Under the pieces are notes generated by a model that ran no database searches, was not told the DNA's origin, and saw only the letters and a list, made by a program, of their open reading frames with translations. The position numbers and the translations under genes were made by a program. DNA of 63,939 nucleotides, counting the filler, from Pelomyxa schiedti (taxonomy: Eukaryota > Protista > Evosea): the NCBI GenBank assembly GCA_020536535.1. It is 6 parts of 6 records of this genome, joined end to end, with 100 filler letters (N's around TTAATTAATTAA, not from the genome) between each part and the next. Parts side by side here need not be neighbours in the genome. Positions count along the whole stretch, not along the records: positions 1 to 25,120 come from JAHLWZ010000223.1; 5 more parts are not named here. One strand, written 5' to 3'. Below are positions 1-11,570 of the stretch, in pieces (position 1 is the first letter of the stretch; every line of letters begins with the position of its first letter).

Positions 1-456
1 GCGAATTTTCTATTCACATTTAAAGAAACAACCAAATGAACTTACATACAAAATCAACACCAATGGTACTAATGTAACTTTCAGTGTAAGTGTCATCCTG
101 TGTTTGGAGTTGGAAGGGAGATAATAGATTTTGAACTTACAGCAAATCGCAATAATAGACAGCCTGTACGAAAAGAATGTTGGTCAATGGAAGGAAAGTA
201 CTTTCAAAAAAAATATTCAAATATGAAGGCAAGTACTTTTGCCAACACCAGAGTCCCCAATCAACAGCAACTTGAATAAATAATCGCTGTTCCAAACACA
301 AACAAACAAACACGCAGACAAGAAAATGGAAAAAGTTAGAGGCTACACTAAAAGAATGGTTTGTTTGCGTCGTGGCACTACTGCTAGACTATGTTTGTTT
401 TGTGTTGTGTTCGATTGTGTCGCAATTGCCGCGCACTATTCCGGATTCATGGCCAT
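1..456 (-). CDS. RAB1: Rab1/Ypt1 GTPase paralog A, 5' part (runs off window start), multi-exon
   Basis: Spliced minus-strand exons read MAMNPEY|[16 protein letters not shown]|SCLLLRFA|[16 protein letters not shown] with GT-AG introns; canonical Rab1 N-terminus. Confidence 0.9.
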
Positions 457-845
457 TGTTGTCACCCCTTGGTCGTTGGTAGGTTTTGGTAATTGATTTG
501 ATCTGGATGTGGGAGACACAAGGCCACCTGGTTAATCGTGACAGAGTGTGGTGAGTCCCTCTGAAAATGAAAGACACCATGGCCAGAGCCTCAGCATGAT
601 TTCAGGCAGCAGGAGGAGAATAGAACTCGGGATAGAAAAAACCAATCTGAGATTTCTTGAATTTTTCGTTTGGTTTTGTTTGGAACCTCGACCAAAGTGA
701 CAGAGGAAACAGTAGAACACTAAAAACCCCTCACTCTCTTTATAAGCGTCTTGCTGATACGGAACATTACACAAATAAATAAACAAAACAAACGCAAATA
801 AAAACAACAAAACAACAATCAATATCAAATATAATTACTGTAGAG

Positions 846-1661
846 ATGGCATTCAGATACTCACCATTCTTTGGAATGATGGACCCATGGGCAGAGATGA
901 ACCGCATTCACAGGCAAATGTCTCACCTCCTGGATGCATTTGAGGATCCGTACTGGGAATGCTACGCACCCTGTTCTCGCTGTACCAGTCAGACTCAGCC
1001 ACTTCCAGTTCAAGGTACCGAGAAGCCAGTTCCGATGGAGAGCGACCCCAGCAAAGTGGAACAACCTGCAAAGGGAAGCGAGGGTGAATCATGTCAGAGC
1101 AGTACTTGCACTACCCCAACACAACCAATGGAGTCAGACAAGAAGGAAGCGGAGAGTACCAGTGAGCCCAAGGCAGAGCCGGCACCTTCTGATGCCTTGC
1201 CAGCCAACCCTGAAGCCGCGGCAGCAAAGGATACTTCCGCTGTAACTGTCCCCAAGGAATCTTCAGCTGCAGTAGCGGAGCCAAAGAGAGCCGGATTCTG
1301 GTGGAATAACCGCTGGGACCTGTGGTGGCCAAAGTCAGATGTGAAGGAGACAGAGTCCAACATACAAGTCATCGCCGAACTTCCTGGGGTCAAGAAAGAA
1401 GATGTGAAAGTCGAAGTCACACCTGATGGGTTCCTGGTCATATCAGGCAACAAGAACCACACCAAGGAAGAAACCGCGGAGGAGGGCACCTGGCACACAA
1501 CTGAGAGGTCATTCGGTCAGTTCACGAGGAGATTCAGGCTGCCCAAGGGTGTTGATGTTTCACAGATATCTGGCTCATTTGAGAACGGAACACTCATAGT
1601 ATCTGTCCCGAAGCCACCTGCCCCTCCTCAGCCTGAAAGCCACAAAGTAGAAATACACTGA
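846..1661 (+). CDS. HSP20: Small heat-shock protein (alpha-crystallin domain) with long low-complexity linker, single exon
   Basis: 271-aa ORF; C-terminal DVKETESNIQVIAELPGVKKEDVKVEV...ERSFGQFTRRFRLP...FENGTLIVSVPK and terminal KVEIH (IXI/V-like) motif. Confidence 0.93.
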   Translation: MAFRYSPFFGMMDPWAEMNRIHRQMSHLLDAFEDPYWECYAPCSRCTSQTQPLPVQGTEKPVPMESDPSKVEQPAKGSEGESCQSSTCTTPTQPMESDKKEAESTSEPKAEPAPSDALPANPEAAAAKDTSAVTVPKESSAAVAEPKRAGFWWNNRWDLWWPKSDVKETESNIQVIAELPGVKKEDVKVEVTPDGFLVISGNKNHTKEETAEEGTWHTTERSFGQFTRRFRLPKGVDVSQISGSFENGTLIVSVPKPPAPPQPESHKVEIH

Positions 1662-1899
1662 GCGAGCTCATCACAACCAACAACAATGTGAAAACGTAAT
1701 AATAAAATATATAGTGTTATTTTTGAAGTTTGGTTGTTTTTTATGTAATTTCTTGGGTGCGATGCCTGTGCGCATCGCCACAATCGTTCTTTTTTCCATC
1801 AATCTTCGGCGAATGTGATACCATCAAAGCCAAACAAAAAACTAAGTCAACTCAGTGTTCTTCTATTGTAATAGGTTGTGTTGTTTCTTTTGGTGTGTT

Positions 1900-3545
1900 T
1901 TATGAATTGCAGTTTGTAGCCTCGTCATCGAGGGCGAGGTGGGAAATGGCGCGGGAAACCTCGGCTATCCTGTCAGTGGTCTGTCCTCTCGTGGTCATGT
2001 CAGCCTTGTATGCGTCCAGTGTCCTCTTGCCGTGCACCAACTTATGGGTATGTTAGACACGAAGATGAATTGTGGGTAGGGGTATTACCGCAATGCAACC
2101 AAGCATGACATCAACCACTGCTTTGGGGTTGTCAAACCTCACGATCCTTTCTTCTCCAATCATTTCAACCCACCTGTGAGAAAATGAAATTAGGTTGATT
2201 CTACAGTTGGTTTTTTTTGGTTTGTTTTTGTTGTTATTGAGGGAAGGGATAAACCTTGGGAGAGTCTGCTCGTCATAGCCGCTCAATGGTTTCTTGAGTA
2301 AAAATACGTTGAACTTCTTTCGGAGAGCGGCAAAGATTTGCTTTGTGGGAATGTTGGCTTCAATGTCAATATCTAGAATCCTCTTGACCCATGCTTTGTT
2401 GACAGTCCTCCTTGGCTGTGGGGTGGGTGTTCAGTCAACGGTTGTTTGAGGTTATACATACGCCTTCATCAGCACAGAAGAAGAGAATTGGCTTGTTTGC
2501 ATTCACCATTCTGCACCTGAAAAATTGTGAGCAACAGAGAAGAGTTGCGGAAAAAACACACCGGTGAGCAAAGTAAAACGCTGCAATGTCATAGGCTTCG
2601 CATGCGTAGCAACCTTCATCTGCCGGACCTCCTCCTCCACCTTCCAACCAAATTTTCTTCAACCAGGCATCAATGTCATTCCCTTGGGAGAAATCGGAGA
2701 CCTAAGCACTTCCAGTGAATACATTTCCCATAATATGAGATTTACGCACTTGAAGAGGGGCTCTATCATCGACGTCATCAACANNNNNNNNNNNNNNNNN
2801 NNNNNNNNNNNNNNNNNNNNNNNNNNNNNNNNNNNNNNNNNNNNNNNNNNNNNNNNNNNNNNNNNNNNNNNNNNNNNNNNNNNCCAGGCATCAATGTCAT
2901 TCCCTTGGGAGAAATCGGAGACCTAAGCACTTCCAGTGAATACATTTCCCATAATATGAGATTTACGCACTTGAAGAGGGGCTCTATCATCGACGTCATC
3001 AACAGCACAAAAGCAAAGGGCGGGATCCTCCAAGTACCTAGAGGACGTCAAACTGGGAACAAAAAAAGGACTAAGCAGCCTACCCCTGCATCATTATTTG
3101 ACCATAAAACATGGGTAGTTTGTCCCAGATAATCCTTGGCCAATCTGACATAGAGCCGCTGACCTAGAGTTGTACTTAGAATAACAATAGTACTCCCGGC
3201 ATCAGAAAGTATGAAACTCACATCTAAAACTATAACAACAGGATTCCTATGTGTACCTGCGGTTTACCAAAAAAAGGGGGGGGGGAAGGAAAAAAAAAAC
3301 GTCAGTTTGGCCAGAACACCTAGCTATCTTCACAATTCACCAAGCATATATAATTCATAATAATAAAATATTAATATAATGATTCCTGGATACATTTATG
3401 GATAGTACATACAAGTGACAGACTTTGTTGCAGGGTTGCAATCGGTGGCCACGTTGTACGCGGTCATCGCTGCCGACGCCGCTGCCGACGACCCCGTCGT
3501 CGACGTGGATGTCTCAACCTCTCGCTCGTAGTATCCTCCTCCCAT
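1900..3545 (-). CDS. von Willebrand factor A (MIDAS) domain protein of a bacterial-like family, multi-exon
   Basis: Hand-spliced: MGGGYYERE...NPVVIVLD|VSGSMSDWPRIIWDKLPMFYGQIMMQG|YLEDPALCFCAVDDVDDRAPLQ|VSDFSQGNDIDAWLKKIWLEGGGGG...EAYDIAAFYFAH...KPILFFCADEG...WVEMIGEERIV; DxSxS MIDAS motif; interrupted by a gap with duplicated flanks. Confidence 0.8.
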
Positions 3546-3865
3546 AATCGCTGTTACTTGTAGTGCGAGGCTGCTAGCTAGTGGCTAGTTTGGTTGGTTT
3601 GTCGGTTTGTTTTGTTTTTACCCTTTGAGTCGTCAAAGGGGAAAATGTTATGTGAAGGCTGAACGCAGAAGAAAGGCGGAACGAATCTAAAAACAAATCC
3701 AAATAACAAACGCACCCGCAGAGCAACAGGGACAACAAAAAAGTGCAAAGCGGAGGTTGGTGCTCCTTTTTATTTGTGTTGTTGTACATAATTACTGAAG
3801 TGTGTATGCGGGTGTTTGTGTTGTGCGGTGCAGTGGTGTGGGATTTAGGTGTTCAGTTGTTGCTT

Positions 3866-5137
3866 TCAGCAGCAACCCTTGTCATCCTTGACTGTGCGGG
3901 CGTCAGAGCGGACAACCACGGTGGGTGGCTTGGGGCCGCCGGGCGATGTGTGCATCCTGGCCTTGATCTCCGTGGCCATCTTAAGGAATGCCTGCTCTAC
4001 GTTGGTGGCGTTTTTAGCTGATGTTTCCCTGCGGGTACAGTGAGAAAATTGTAGTGGTGGTAGCGTAAAGTGATACAGGAAAGTCAATCCCGCTCCATCA
4101 GCAAATTCCTTCGCGGTGTTGAACTCAACGGCTCGTTTGCTCGTCAGATCGCTCTATGACAGCAATTAGCCGAAGTGTGGCGTGAAAGACATTGAACCTT
4201 GTTGCCAACGAGTAATTTGTTAACGCTATCACAAGCATAGCGTTCTATCTCCTGCATCCACTGCTTTACATTGTTGAAGGAAACGGCATCCGTAATGTCG
4301 CTAAAGCACCAGAGTTAGCAAAAAAAAAAAAAAAAAGAGGGGAGTTTCGCATACTAGACGATGATGATGCCATGGGCGCCTCTGTAGTCTGAGGAAAGAA
4401 AAATGAATCCGATGACAATAAGAGAAAGAGGTTAGCGTACAAGAGCTAGTAATTGTTCTGAATCGCTCTTGGCCGGCGGTATCCCACTGTGGTTAGTGTT
4501 AGCAGTGGAGATTTAATTTGTATAAGGCATACAATCTGAAGTTTTATGGTTTTCTGCTCCAGTTCGATTGTTCGGATTTTCTAGTAAATATTAAGTGCCA
4601 AAATCCATGTAAAAGCCGAACATACAAAGTCAACGCCAATTGTGCTAATGTAACTTTCTGTGTACATGTCATCCTGAAGTTTCCNNNNNNNNNNNNNNNN
4701 NNNNNNNNNNNNNNNNNNNNNNNNNNNNNNNNNNNNNNNNNNNNNNNNNNNNNNNNNNNNNNNNNNNNNNNNNNNNNNNNNNNNTCGATTGTTCGGATTT
4801 TCTAGTAAATATTAAGTGCCAAAATCCATGTAAAAGCCGAACATACAAAGTCAACGCCAATTGTGCTAATGTAACTTTCTGTGTACATGTCATCCTGAAG
4901 TTTCCAGTTAATGAAGAATCGCTAAATACAAGTAAACTCACTGCAAACCGCAAAAGCAAGCAACCTGTAGTTTTGTTAGTCTTTTTTCTATTAAAGTAAG
5001 GACCGTACTTTTTCCAACACCAGAGTCCCCAATGAGCAACAATTTGAACAGGTAGTCGCTGAAGAAAAGAAAAGAAAAAAAATCCTAAGCGAACGTAGAT
5101 CCGGTGTTTTCTGCACATACTACTCGGGGTTGTTCAT
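3866..5137 (-). CDS. RAB1: Rab1/Ypt1 GTPase paralog B, complete, multi-exon
   Basis: Exons give MNNPEY|[16 protein letters not shown]|SCLLLRFA|[16 protein letters not shown]|[16 protein letters not shown]|[45 protein letters not shown] prenylation end. Confidence 0.95.
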
Positions 5138-5350
5138 CTTCAACAGATCGCTAGCCTCGTGCGCTTTGGCTTGTTGTTTTGTTTTTTTTTATAAAAAAAT
5201 GAAGCCGGACGAGCAGCGGGGTTTGATGTCTTGTTGTTCCTTTTTTTCAACTCAGATTCCCGGAATGACCCCACACACCACTCCAGCTTAGAAATAGGAA
5301 TAGAAAAAGAGAGGCAACAAGGACTAAGACTCAACACTGATTTCTTTTGG

Positions 5351-8300
5351 TTAGTGGTTTTGTTGCTGCTGTTGTTGGGCAAGTGCGAAGGAATCGAATG
5401 GGGAAATGTATGTAGCCCGCATCCATTTATCTAGGTCCACTAGACCCCCCAGGAGCGAGTTATGGTTGTTGTTTATGTGATTCTGCTGTGGTTGTTGTCC
5501 TTCGGAATTTAATTCCGGGTGTGAACCCGCGAACTGCGGAATTTCAGAATTGCCGTTTTGAGCAATGTTATTGTTGTTGTTGTGGAGCCGGAGTGAATTC
5601 TGTTCCACATCCTCAAGTAGTACTATTCCGGAAGTTCCACCTCCTGTTCCTCTGGATGAGGTTGATGATGATGCGGCCGCGTTGGTGGAATATGTCAGAA
5701 GCTGCTTGAGCCTTTCGTTTTCGTGCATTAGGTGGAGGTTGGCTGCGTTTAGTGCCTCGTGTGATGCGAGGCACATTTCGTTGCGGCTTTTGAGCTCGTG
5801 GATTACGCGTTGTTGCTGGGTGTAGTGTGCGGACAGGGCGGAAAGTTGTTGCCGGAGTTTGAGAATTTCCGCTTGTGCTTGTGCTTGTGCAAGTGCGAGG
5901 GTTTGCGGCGGCTGTTGTTGTTGTGTGGAGGAAGTGAGCTGTGGCGGTCCCTGCGGAACGGAAATTGTGGGTGACGGCGTGTGCGGTATTGAAGAAAGGA
6001 CATTTTCGGGGATGGTTTGTGTGGGTGGTGTAAGGGACTTCGGGTACAACTGCTGTTGAGCCATTTGTTGTTGTTGGTACATGTGCTGCTGAAGGTTGAG
6101 TGCTTGGTATTGGGATGATAGGTTGTTATCACTGGTTGAAACTGATTCTGATTGTGAGTGGGGTGTCCCGGACTGACTTGACCCTTCATTGTTGTCTTGG
6201 CTGCCTGATTGTTGGTTGGTTCTGTTACTCGGGTCAGGCATGGATGCCTGTAACTGGTTGTTTGTATAGAGCAATTGCCCTTGAACCTGATATTCCTGCT
6301 GTGGTTGGGTCTGTGTGGGGGTGGGTGTTAATTTGGTTTGCCTGGTGATTTGGACTTTCGGTTGTTTGTTTATTGTGATTGAGGGATTAGATTGTGATGC
6401 CGAGGTGTACTGCCGCTGTTGCGAAGTTTGGTATATACGAGGAACTATTGCTGGGGATTGGGTGGGTGAAAGAGGGGGTGTGGGAGATTGGGGTTGTGCA
6501 GTTGACTGATAATAAGTATGAGGAATCGGAATAGGTAAGGGGAGGGGCAGCGGTAGAGGGAGTGGAAGAGGAGGAGGGAGAGGAAGAGATAATGGTGGAG
6601 GACGCTGTTGAGGGCAGTTCGGCTGAGATGCTTGGGAGGAATACTGCTGAAACGAAGGCAGTGGATCAGGCGAATGTGAAGCCGGAAGCTGGGGTGAAGG
6701 TGCAGAGTGATATGGTTGATGATGAGTGGTTTTGCTAGATTGAGATTTAGTGTGACCCGTGGTGGTTGAGGGTACTTGTGTTTGTGATGGGGAAGCGGCA
6801 GGTTTAGGGCGGCGACGTTTTTCGACCATGCTCCAAGACTCTTCTTCATGGGTAGCATTCTTGCTCTCTTTAGATTGTTTTCGATTTTGTTGGGTTTGTG
6901 CCGGTGGTGTGGTTGTGGTGGGTGAAGTTGTTGAAGTGGGTCCTTTCTTTTTCGTACTTGGGGCTGGTGGCTTCTGCTTTGGTTGCTGCGGCTGTTTTGT
7001 TGTGGATGAGGGGAGTTCTTGTAATGGTATGGTTGGTTTTGTTTGTGGGGCCTTGGAGGCTTTTTTTGATTTCTTTGGTGCTTTGACTTCGTCAGAATCA
7101 GATTCTTCCTCTTCTGCTTTCCCTTCTTCTGTTTTCTCTTCTGCTTCTGACGTTTCTTCAACTTCCTCTGTATCATTTGCAGAATCCTCTTCTTCATTCT
7201 CTTCCGAACTTGAATATGTATCTTTATCAGAGTCAACATGCTCTTCATCTTCTCTGCCATTCGTTTCCGTTACCTTTTTCCCTTGGGTGGTTGATACGTT
7301 TCGAAGGGGGACCCCTCCAGGATTGCCACCTGGGATCACATCCCCAGCAGGGTTGCCACCTCGTTTTCCCTTTTTCTCGCTTCCGTGTATTTCGTTTAAG
7401 AGAGCTTCCATGTTTTTGTCAGCCATTTGAGCTCGTTGTCTTCCTTGTTCCCTATACGCTTGTTGAAGCTGAAGCACTTGGATGCGAGTTTGAACATCTG
7501 CTTGAGTTAGAAACTGCCGTTGCTGTTTCTTTGTGAAGGTTGCACCATGTGCTGCAAAATGTACAATTGACTTCCAATCCTTCCTATGATGGGTGAGAGA
7601 ATTCCATCATTTATTTAAATACCTGCTGAAGCACCAATCGAGTGGTGTCTGGCCCTTTCCGTCAACCACCTTCCAGTTTGCACCTGCATCCAGGAGGAGC
7701 TTGACAAATTGATCCCCAAGCTCGGAGTTGAAGGTCACGCCAGTGAGTGTTTGAAGAGGTGTCAACCCATCTCGGTTTGTCACATTGGGCTGTGGAATCT
7801 CATTAGGCTTCCTTTGTAGTGGAAAAGCTACCTGAGCCCCATATTCCACTAACAAGCGAGCACATTGTAAAGCTTGCTCATCATGGACAGCATAACTTTG
7901 GCATATTAATGATAGAGGAGTTTCATCCATGAACCCTGCTTTTTTGTTTACAAGGCAACTCGCGCCATTCTGTGTGCAATGAACAAAAAGCCTCCATGTA
8001 TAAATACAAACCTCCAAGAACAATTTAAGGAGAGGAAGAGAAGGGTCAGATTCACTTCCTATGTAGAGCATGTTTTCCGATTTTGTTGAAAGTGCTGCAA
8101 TATTGGCACCATGCTCCAGTAACATCCGTGCAATTGCAGGTACCCGGCAAACACTATTTTATCCAACTTAGAGAGCAGATTTCTTTGTGAGGATACCTCA
8201 ATGGAGATGCATTTTCCTGACTGATAGCGTTTACATCAGCGCCAAATTGCAAGAGTAGTTCACACATTCGTTGATTTCCAGCACGTGCTGCAAAATACAG

Positions 8301-11300
8301 TGGTGTGGCACCATGATCCTTCTGGCCAACTCCTCCAACCTTTGGAGTGTAAGTTGCAGTTTAGTCGATGACTTATAATACCGGTCCATCAATTGGTGCA
8401 CCATGGCTTATTATGACCTTTGCACAGTCCAAGTGTCCCAGTTTTGCAGCAATTGCTAGTGGTGTAAGACAGCAAGCACCACCCGTTTCACTTAAAGTTA
8501 CACCAACTTTACCACACCACTCCTACATTGTGTTAATTAAAAAAAAAAAGCATTACTGAATCATACAGCCAAAATATTCATCCACTGTGCTCGCCCGAGA
8601 AATGCACAATAATGGAGCAGATTTAGACCACAAACAGTGTGGGCGCCAAAGACAGGGATCATTCCCGCAAGGCCTGCAACTCCACCACATTGGGCAGTTA
8701 ATTCCGCATTTACATCATCAGATCGTTTTATCCTAGAAAGGAGTGCTTCTAGTTGTAAACGGTCACAACCAGATGGAAGTTTCTGGTGCCTAATTATTGA
8801 ATGAAATACACAACTTGAATAAAACCTTAAAAGCAGGGAAATAATCTGGATCCATCTTTTGAGACAGATATGAAGGTGGCTGGATTCCAGCATTTGGATG
8901 CCGTGCAATTGATTTTTCGCACACAGTAGTCCAGAAGGCCTCTTTTGTTGATAAGCTGGTAAGGTTCGATTGTAAAAGAAAACTGAGAAGGTAGGATAAC
9001 TCACCAGGTGTCATATTCCTCGCTGTGTCAATAAAAAGATCGAGATCCTGTTGCCTTAATTGGGCAATTGGCACTTCCTTACTTGAGTAGTATGGGGGCA
9101 AAAGATCGATGGGATGCATGCACATGATAATGTTTTGTTGTCTCCAATGTATCACGAAAAATTTCTCCTGGAAACTGGGTAAAAAAAATTCTTCAAAGGA
9201 ATGCCCATACCGCATAATCAGCGAAGTGCAGAGCAATGAGGCGCTGCCAATCCAGAGGGAAATTTGCGTCCATGTATGGGGGGTAGCTGAGTAACTCTAC
9301 GATATTGCAAAACCATGGCTTGACTTGTGTCTCCAATCGGTAGTTGATTGATACCTACAGAGGTGAGATGCCTTGTCCAGAAAAAGGTACAAAATACCTG
9401 CGCATAGCCGTACTTTCCATCCTTTGCGTGAGAGTAAATGATGGAAACAGAGTCTTTTAGAGCTGCTATCACATCCTCTGTACCATGATTACGGAATGTT
9501 CACTGAAGGGTTGTAGTACACACTATGTTTTGCTGGAGATGTCCTTGGCTCAGATGCCAAAGATACGCCAAGTTCTTCCCCAAACTTGGACAAGTCAGAT
9601 GTACCTTATTGATTAGTAAGTGACAAAAAAGGAAAGGCCACAAGTCATACAGGAGCATCCTGGAACACAGTGCTGTTGATGTGGTGGTTGCATTGCAGAC
9701 GATGGAGGTTTCGGTTTGGGCGTAGCATCTACAGCAGAAGGTGCCGGGCGGTTTGCGGGTGTGTTTGTGCTTGGAGTGCTTGATTGTGTCAAAATGCTGC
9801 CACGACAATTAACACAAAGTTGCTTTGTGAAAGTGGCGTTCTGTGAGGTTTGTTTTGCTTTGAGTTGCGGAGGTGCTTCTGATGCAGCTGGAGAGTTGGG
9901 TCTCTCACTAGAGTGCGGTTTTCCAGGGCAGCAACATACACGTTCAGGCACTCCCGGAGTGGGTCCGGCACTGGGAGCAGCATTGCTGGGACTGGTAGCA
10001 GCCTTGTGTGCATTTGGATTGTGAGTATTTGCAGCGGCGGGTGCGTTTCCGGTGTTTTGATTTTGAACTTGTGCTTGTGGAGTTGACTTCAACTCCGTGT
10101 ATCCCCGCAAGTCAATTATCCTGAGCTCCGCGTCGTGCGGGAACCCAAAGGCGGCCCTGATTCTTGAAACCAGCTGCGGGTAAGTGTCGGCAGAGACAGT
10201 CACGGCCTTGGTCAGGTACGGCTGCTGGCGCCTCACCCTGAAAGTGTACTTACCACCCCCTCCAACTGTAGCACCTCCCGGGTAACTGTTCGCCAGCTGC
10301 TGAATTGCTCTTACGATTTCCCCCTCCATACCACTACCATTCCTGCCGCTTCTGTTGGCGTTGCCGGATGAGCCATCTTCGTCGTCATCCTCGTCTTCAT
10401 CGTCGTCGTCACCATCTTCGACATCATCATCATCATCCACCTCATCGTCGTACTCCTCGTCATCGTCGTCCTCGTCCTCGTCGTCCCCTTCTTCGTCCTC
10501 TCCATCTCCCTCTCCCTCCTCGTCGTCGTCATCTTCTTCCCCGCCATCATCCTCGTCCCCATAGCCCTCCCCATCGCTGCCGCCGCCGTCCTCGTCGTTC
10601 TGTTTCCCCCCCTCCTCCTCCTCCTTCCCCTTCCCCTTCTCCTCCTTCTCCTTCTCCTTCTGCTTCTGCTTCTCCCTGGGGTCATCGCCATCCTCCCACC
10701 TCAACACACGCGTCCTCCCACTCACCCCCACACTGCTGCCACCTTTAAAAGCCAACAAGGAGGCGGACTGGGATTGTTGTTGCTGCTGCTGCGGGGGCGG
10801 CGGCGGTTCCTGTTGCGGGTGCCTCTGGGGCCCGTTGCTGCGTGGTTCTTGTGGCTGTGCCTGCGACGCGGGCGACGCTGCCGGGTCCTGTTTGGTGGCG
10901 GGCGGGGTCCCTGTGGCTGTGGTTGTGGTTGTGGTTGCAGTAGAGCGAGCCGCGGCGGGGCCTGCGGGGGAGCGCGGCGGGGGCTGCGCCGCCGGCTTGC
11001 GGTCGCGGTCGGTGTCGTCGGGGCTCTCGCTGCCGCTGCCGCTGCTGCTGCTGCTCTCCAGCTCGTCGTCGTTGGGCTGGTCGGGGTCGGGGTCGGCGAG
11101 CAGCGCAGCGGCGATGTTGCACAGCTCCTTCATGGTCTCGTCGTCGAGGGGCGGGGGCGGGCGCAGGTCCTCGGGCGTCGCGATGGCCATCGTCGCGGCT
11201 ATCTTTGCCATCACCTCGGGGGAGGGCTGCTTTATTCTCGCGGCCCTGCTGATGGCGCTCGCCCCCCCCGGCGGCCCCCCTCCGCCTCTCCCCGCGCCTC

Positions 11301-11403
11301 CTCCTGCTCCCCCAGCCGCGGCCCCCGTGGTGGCCGTGGTCGCCGCCTTTGCTCCCCTCCCAGTCGATGTCGTCGGGACACCCTTCGTGGATGGCTGTTG
11401 CAT
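5351..11403 (-). CDS. Large multi-exon ankyrin-repeat protein: acidic D/E tract and possible PB1/ubiquitin-like domain at N-terminus, Q/P-rich coiled-coil C-terminus
   Basis: Ankyrin motifs TPLAIAAKLGHLDCAKVIISHGA, MLLEHGANI, LTPLQ..KLLLDAGAN..DGKGQTPLDW; linkage of ORF 9613-11403 to the ankyrin exons inferred from plausible GT-AG introns near 9480-9660. Confidence 0.65.
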
Positions 11404-11570
11404 TTCGCGTCTCGTCCCGGTCAATTTTTTTTTGCTTTTTTTTCGTTTCATTCCAAGAAAGAGCCCTCACAAAAACAAAAAAACGCAAGGCAAAGTGATG
11501 GAATGGATTTGACTTGTGAGAGTGAAGCGAAGGGTAGGATCAGTGGGGGCAAGTATACTGGTACTCTTGA

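Noticed and set aside
2662-3003. Apparent tandem duplication within the vWA gene
   Set aside because: Identical sequence of about 120 bp on both sides of a 100-N gap: unmerged contig overlap
4563-4905. Apparent duplicated Rab1 exons
   Set aside because: Same overlap-around-gap artifact
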